DNA from: Daphnia carinata
Taxonomy: Eukaryota
NCBI RefSeq assembly: GCF_022539665.2
Contig: NC_081331.1
Span: forward strand, 11,160,001 to 11,224,000
Direction: 5' to 3'
DNA length: 64,000 nt
A program made the translations under genes and the position numbers. Position 1 is the first letter of the stretch. Each line of letters opens with the position of its first letter. Below the pieces are notes generated by a model that was given only the letters and a program-made list of their open reading frames with translations, was not told the DNA's origin and searched no databases. This document shows positions 62,201 to 64,000 of the stretch, piece after piece.

Positions 62201-64000
62201 CTAGTCTTTGCGGAGCTGTAAATATTTGATCGACACCGTCCAATACCATTAACTCTGTGGGAAATCCATTGATTGAGCCATTGATAGTAATGTGATCACT
62301 AACGCTGACATGATCGAATCTCAGACGACAGGATACAGTTTCTAGATCGTCGCCGAATTGTAGTACGCTTCCTAACAGCTCGTCTAAATCGTAGTCATTG
62401 AGATGGCCTCTAACATCCAACTGAGAAAAGTCAACGTAGCGTTGAAACTGGTAATGGCCAGTGATAGTTTGGTCCGTGCTAGACGTTAACAACTCGTCCA
62501 ATATCTTCATACCGTTGATGTAGCCATCAACTTGCAGGCTATTCACTTTCAAGGAAGGAAACGTCTTCTTGCCAGTAATCACGACGTGGTCACCATTCTA
62601 AATAAGTGTAAAAAATACAACCAGAAGTTAGCAGCTGATCACATATTAATGCGTATGAAACTTACGGCATAAATGATGTCGTTTAGAAGGTCTTCGAGGC
62701 TTTCACCGTTCACCTTAAAATGTGCAGCATTAAGCGCGCCATCGATCTTACACGAATTTCGAATTGTGACGTTTTTACTCCATCCAGGCCTCTTTAGAAG
62801 AGCAGGATGTACTCCGTTTTCACGCATAGCTTTCCATTCAACGCCGTTTAGCGTTCCAACCGCCAAATCACCGTTAGGAACGTCAATACCGTTTAACTGC
62901 ACATCTCCATGCACCGTCTGATTTGTGTCAAGTGTAAGAGCACTGTGCAAATTATGGCCATTAACCGTGCTCTCTGCTCGAAGTACGTGTGCGGTAACAT
63001 TCCCAAGGAAAATTTTTTCTCCTGAAAGAGGCAAAATTTAAAATATTACAGCTGAATCCCTCTTGCAATGTAAATTCCCACCATTCATAACGGTATCATT
63101 CAATGTATTCTTAGTTATCAGGTCTTCAAATTTAACACCATTGATGGTTTCAACTGTAAGAGAATTTTGAGCTTGGATACCCTATGTAAATTGGAAAGAA
63201 AATTAAACTATTTCATTAACTGTTCTTGTACGGACAAACCTGCGTAAAAACAATGCTGCCTTCAACAAGCTGGTTGGTGTCTAGGCGAAGCGCGCTTGCA
63301 TTCAAAGCCAAGATATCAACATCGTTGATCATGCCTGAACCAATCTCCAAGTTGCCTTCTATTATTAAGTGGTCGAAACGGACTCTGCCCAGCTGAACAT
63401 CAAGAGTTTGATCGACAAAGACGTTGGCCAGTAGTTGTGTAGCATTCACTCCGTCTATGTGATGACCGACCGACAAGTTGGTGGCAGCCACCACATCCGT
63501 GAAAGTGATGGATTCTATTCACATTTGGGAAAGATGTTATTGTTATTTAAGGAAGAGATTGTGAAGATGATATTTACCGTAAGTGTCGTTTAAAGTCATG
63601 AGATCATGACTCAGATCGACTCCATTAACAGTTCCGCCAACGATTATATCCCCTGCTACGGTGACGTTACCATTAATTATGAGATTACCAGTGATGGTAG
63701 GATTTGGATCGCTTTTCAGGATGACATCTTCAAGCATGATATCGTTTACTCGCTTGGCGAGTATAGCATCAGCTGTAAGCGTCCCCATCACTTTGATATT
63801 CTCCATCAGACGATCAGAATCGTGTCGGACAATGTCATTTACGAATGGGTTGAAAGCTACGCCATTTAGTTTCTCAACGGATAGTTGGGTAACTTCAAGT
63901 TGACTAATTAGCAAAGAACCGTCAACGACGAGGCGACCAAATTCAACAGCTTCTTCCGTGCCATTTAGGATTGTCCCTGTAACATTAAGATAAATGGTTT
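59201..64000 (-). CDS. Large extracellular repeat protein, Closca/Fs(1)M3(polehole)-like; 3' part only (continues beyond the window)
   Basis: More than 1300 aa of spliced ORFs with recurring (I/V/L)NG-x-D-L and DQ-x-I-x-G beta-strand repeats, and a C-terminal propeller-like domain (VTVYHYEGASGY). Family assignment is from recalled architecture only. Confidence 0.6.

Overview
Eukaryotic, intron-rich genomic DNA. The very short ~60-70 bp GT-AG introns and the gene content suggest a Daphnia-like crustacean (inference). Host genes: SCCPDH-like oxidoreductase; three paralogous Cys-rich DUF4789-like secreted proteins, one nested antisense in a large intron of TCP1/CCT1; CCDC47; a long cordon-bleu (Cobl)-like WH2 gene plus a truncated two-exon paralog of it; a divergent bestrophin; and the 3' part of a large Closca/Fs(1)M3-like repeat protein. 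The most unusual content is a modular inverted-repeat mobile element family at 1-12.3 kb and 50.1-55.1 kb. Each arm runs from a TATGGCAATCCGTTTTAC terminus through an intron-containing decayed gene to a ~450 bp GC-rich hairpin-rich module. Two arms converge on a spacer with three outward-facing tRNA-derived (A/B-box) cassettes. Arm interiors differ between copies (types A, A', B, Y), and one carries traces of a Crypton-type tyrosine recombinase. The inner GC modules are homogenised within each element, and one end-to-end junction forms a 13+7+13 bp loxP/FRT-like palindrome. All protein calls come from manual translation and motif recognition; no searches were run.
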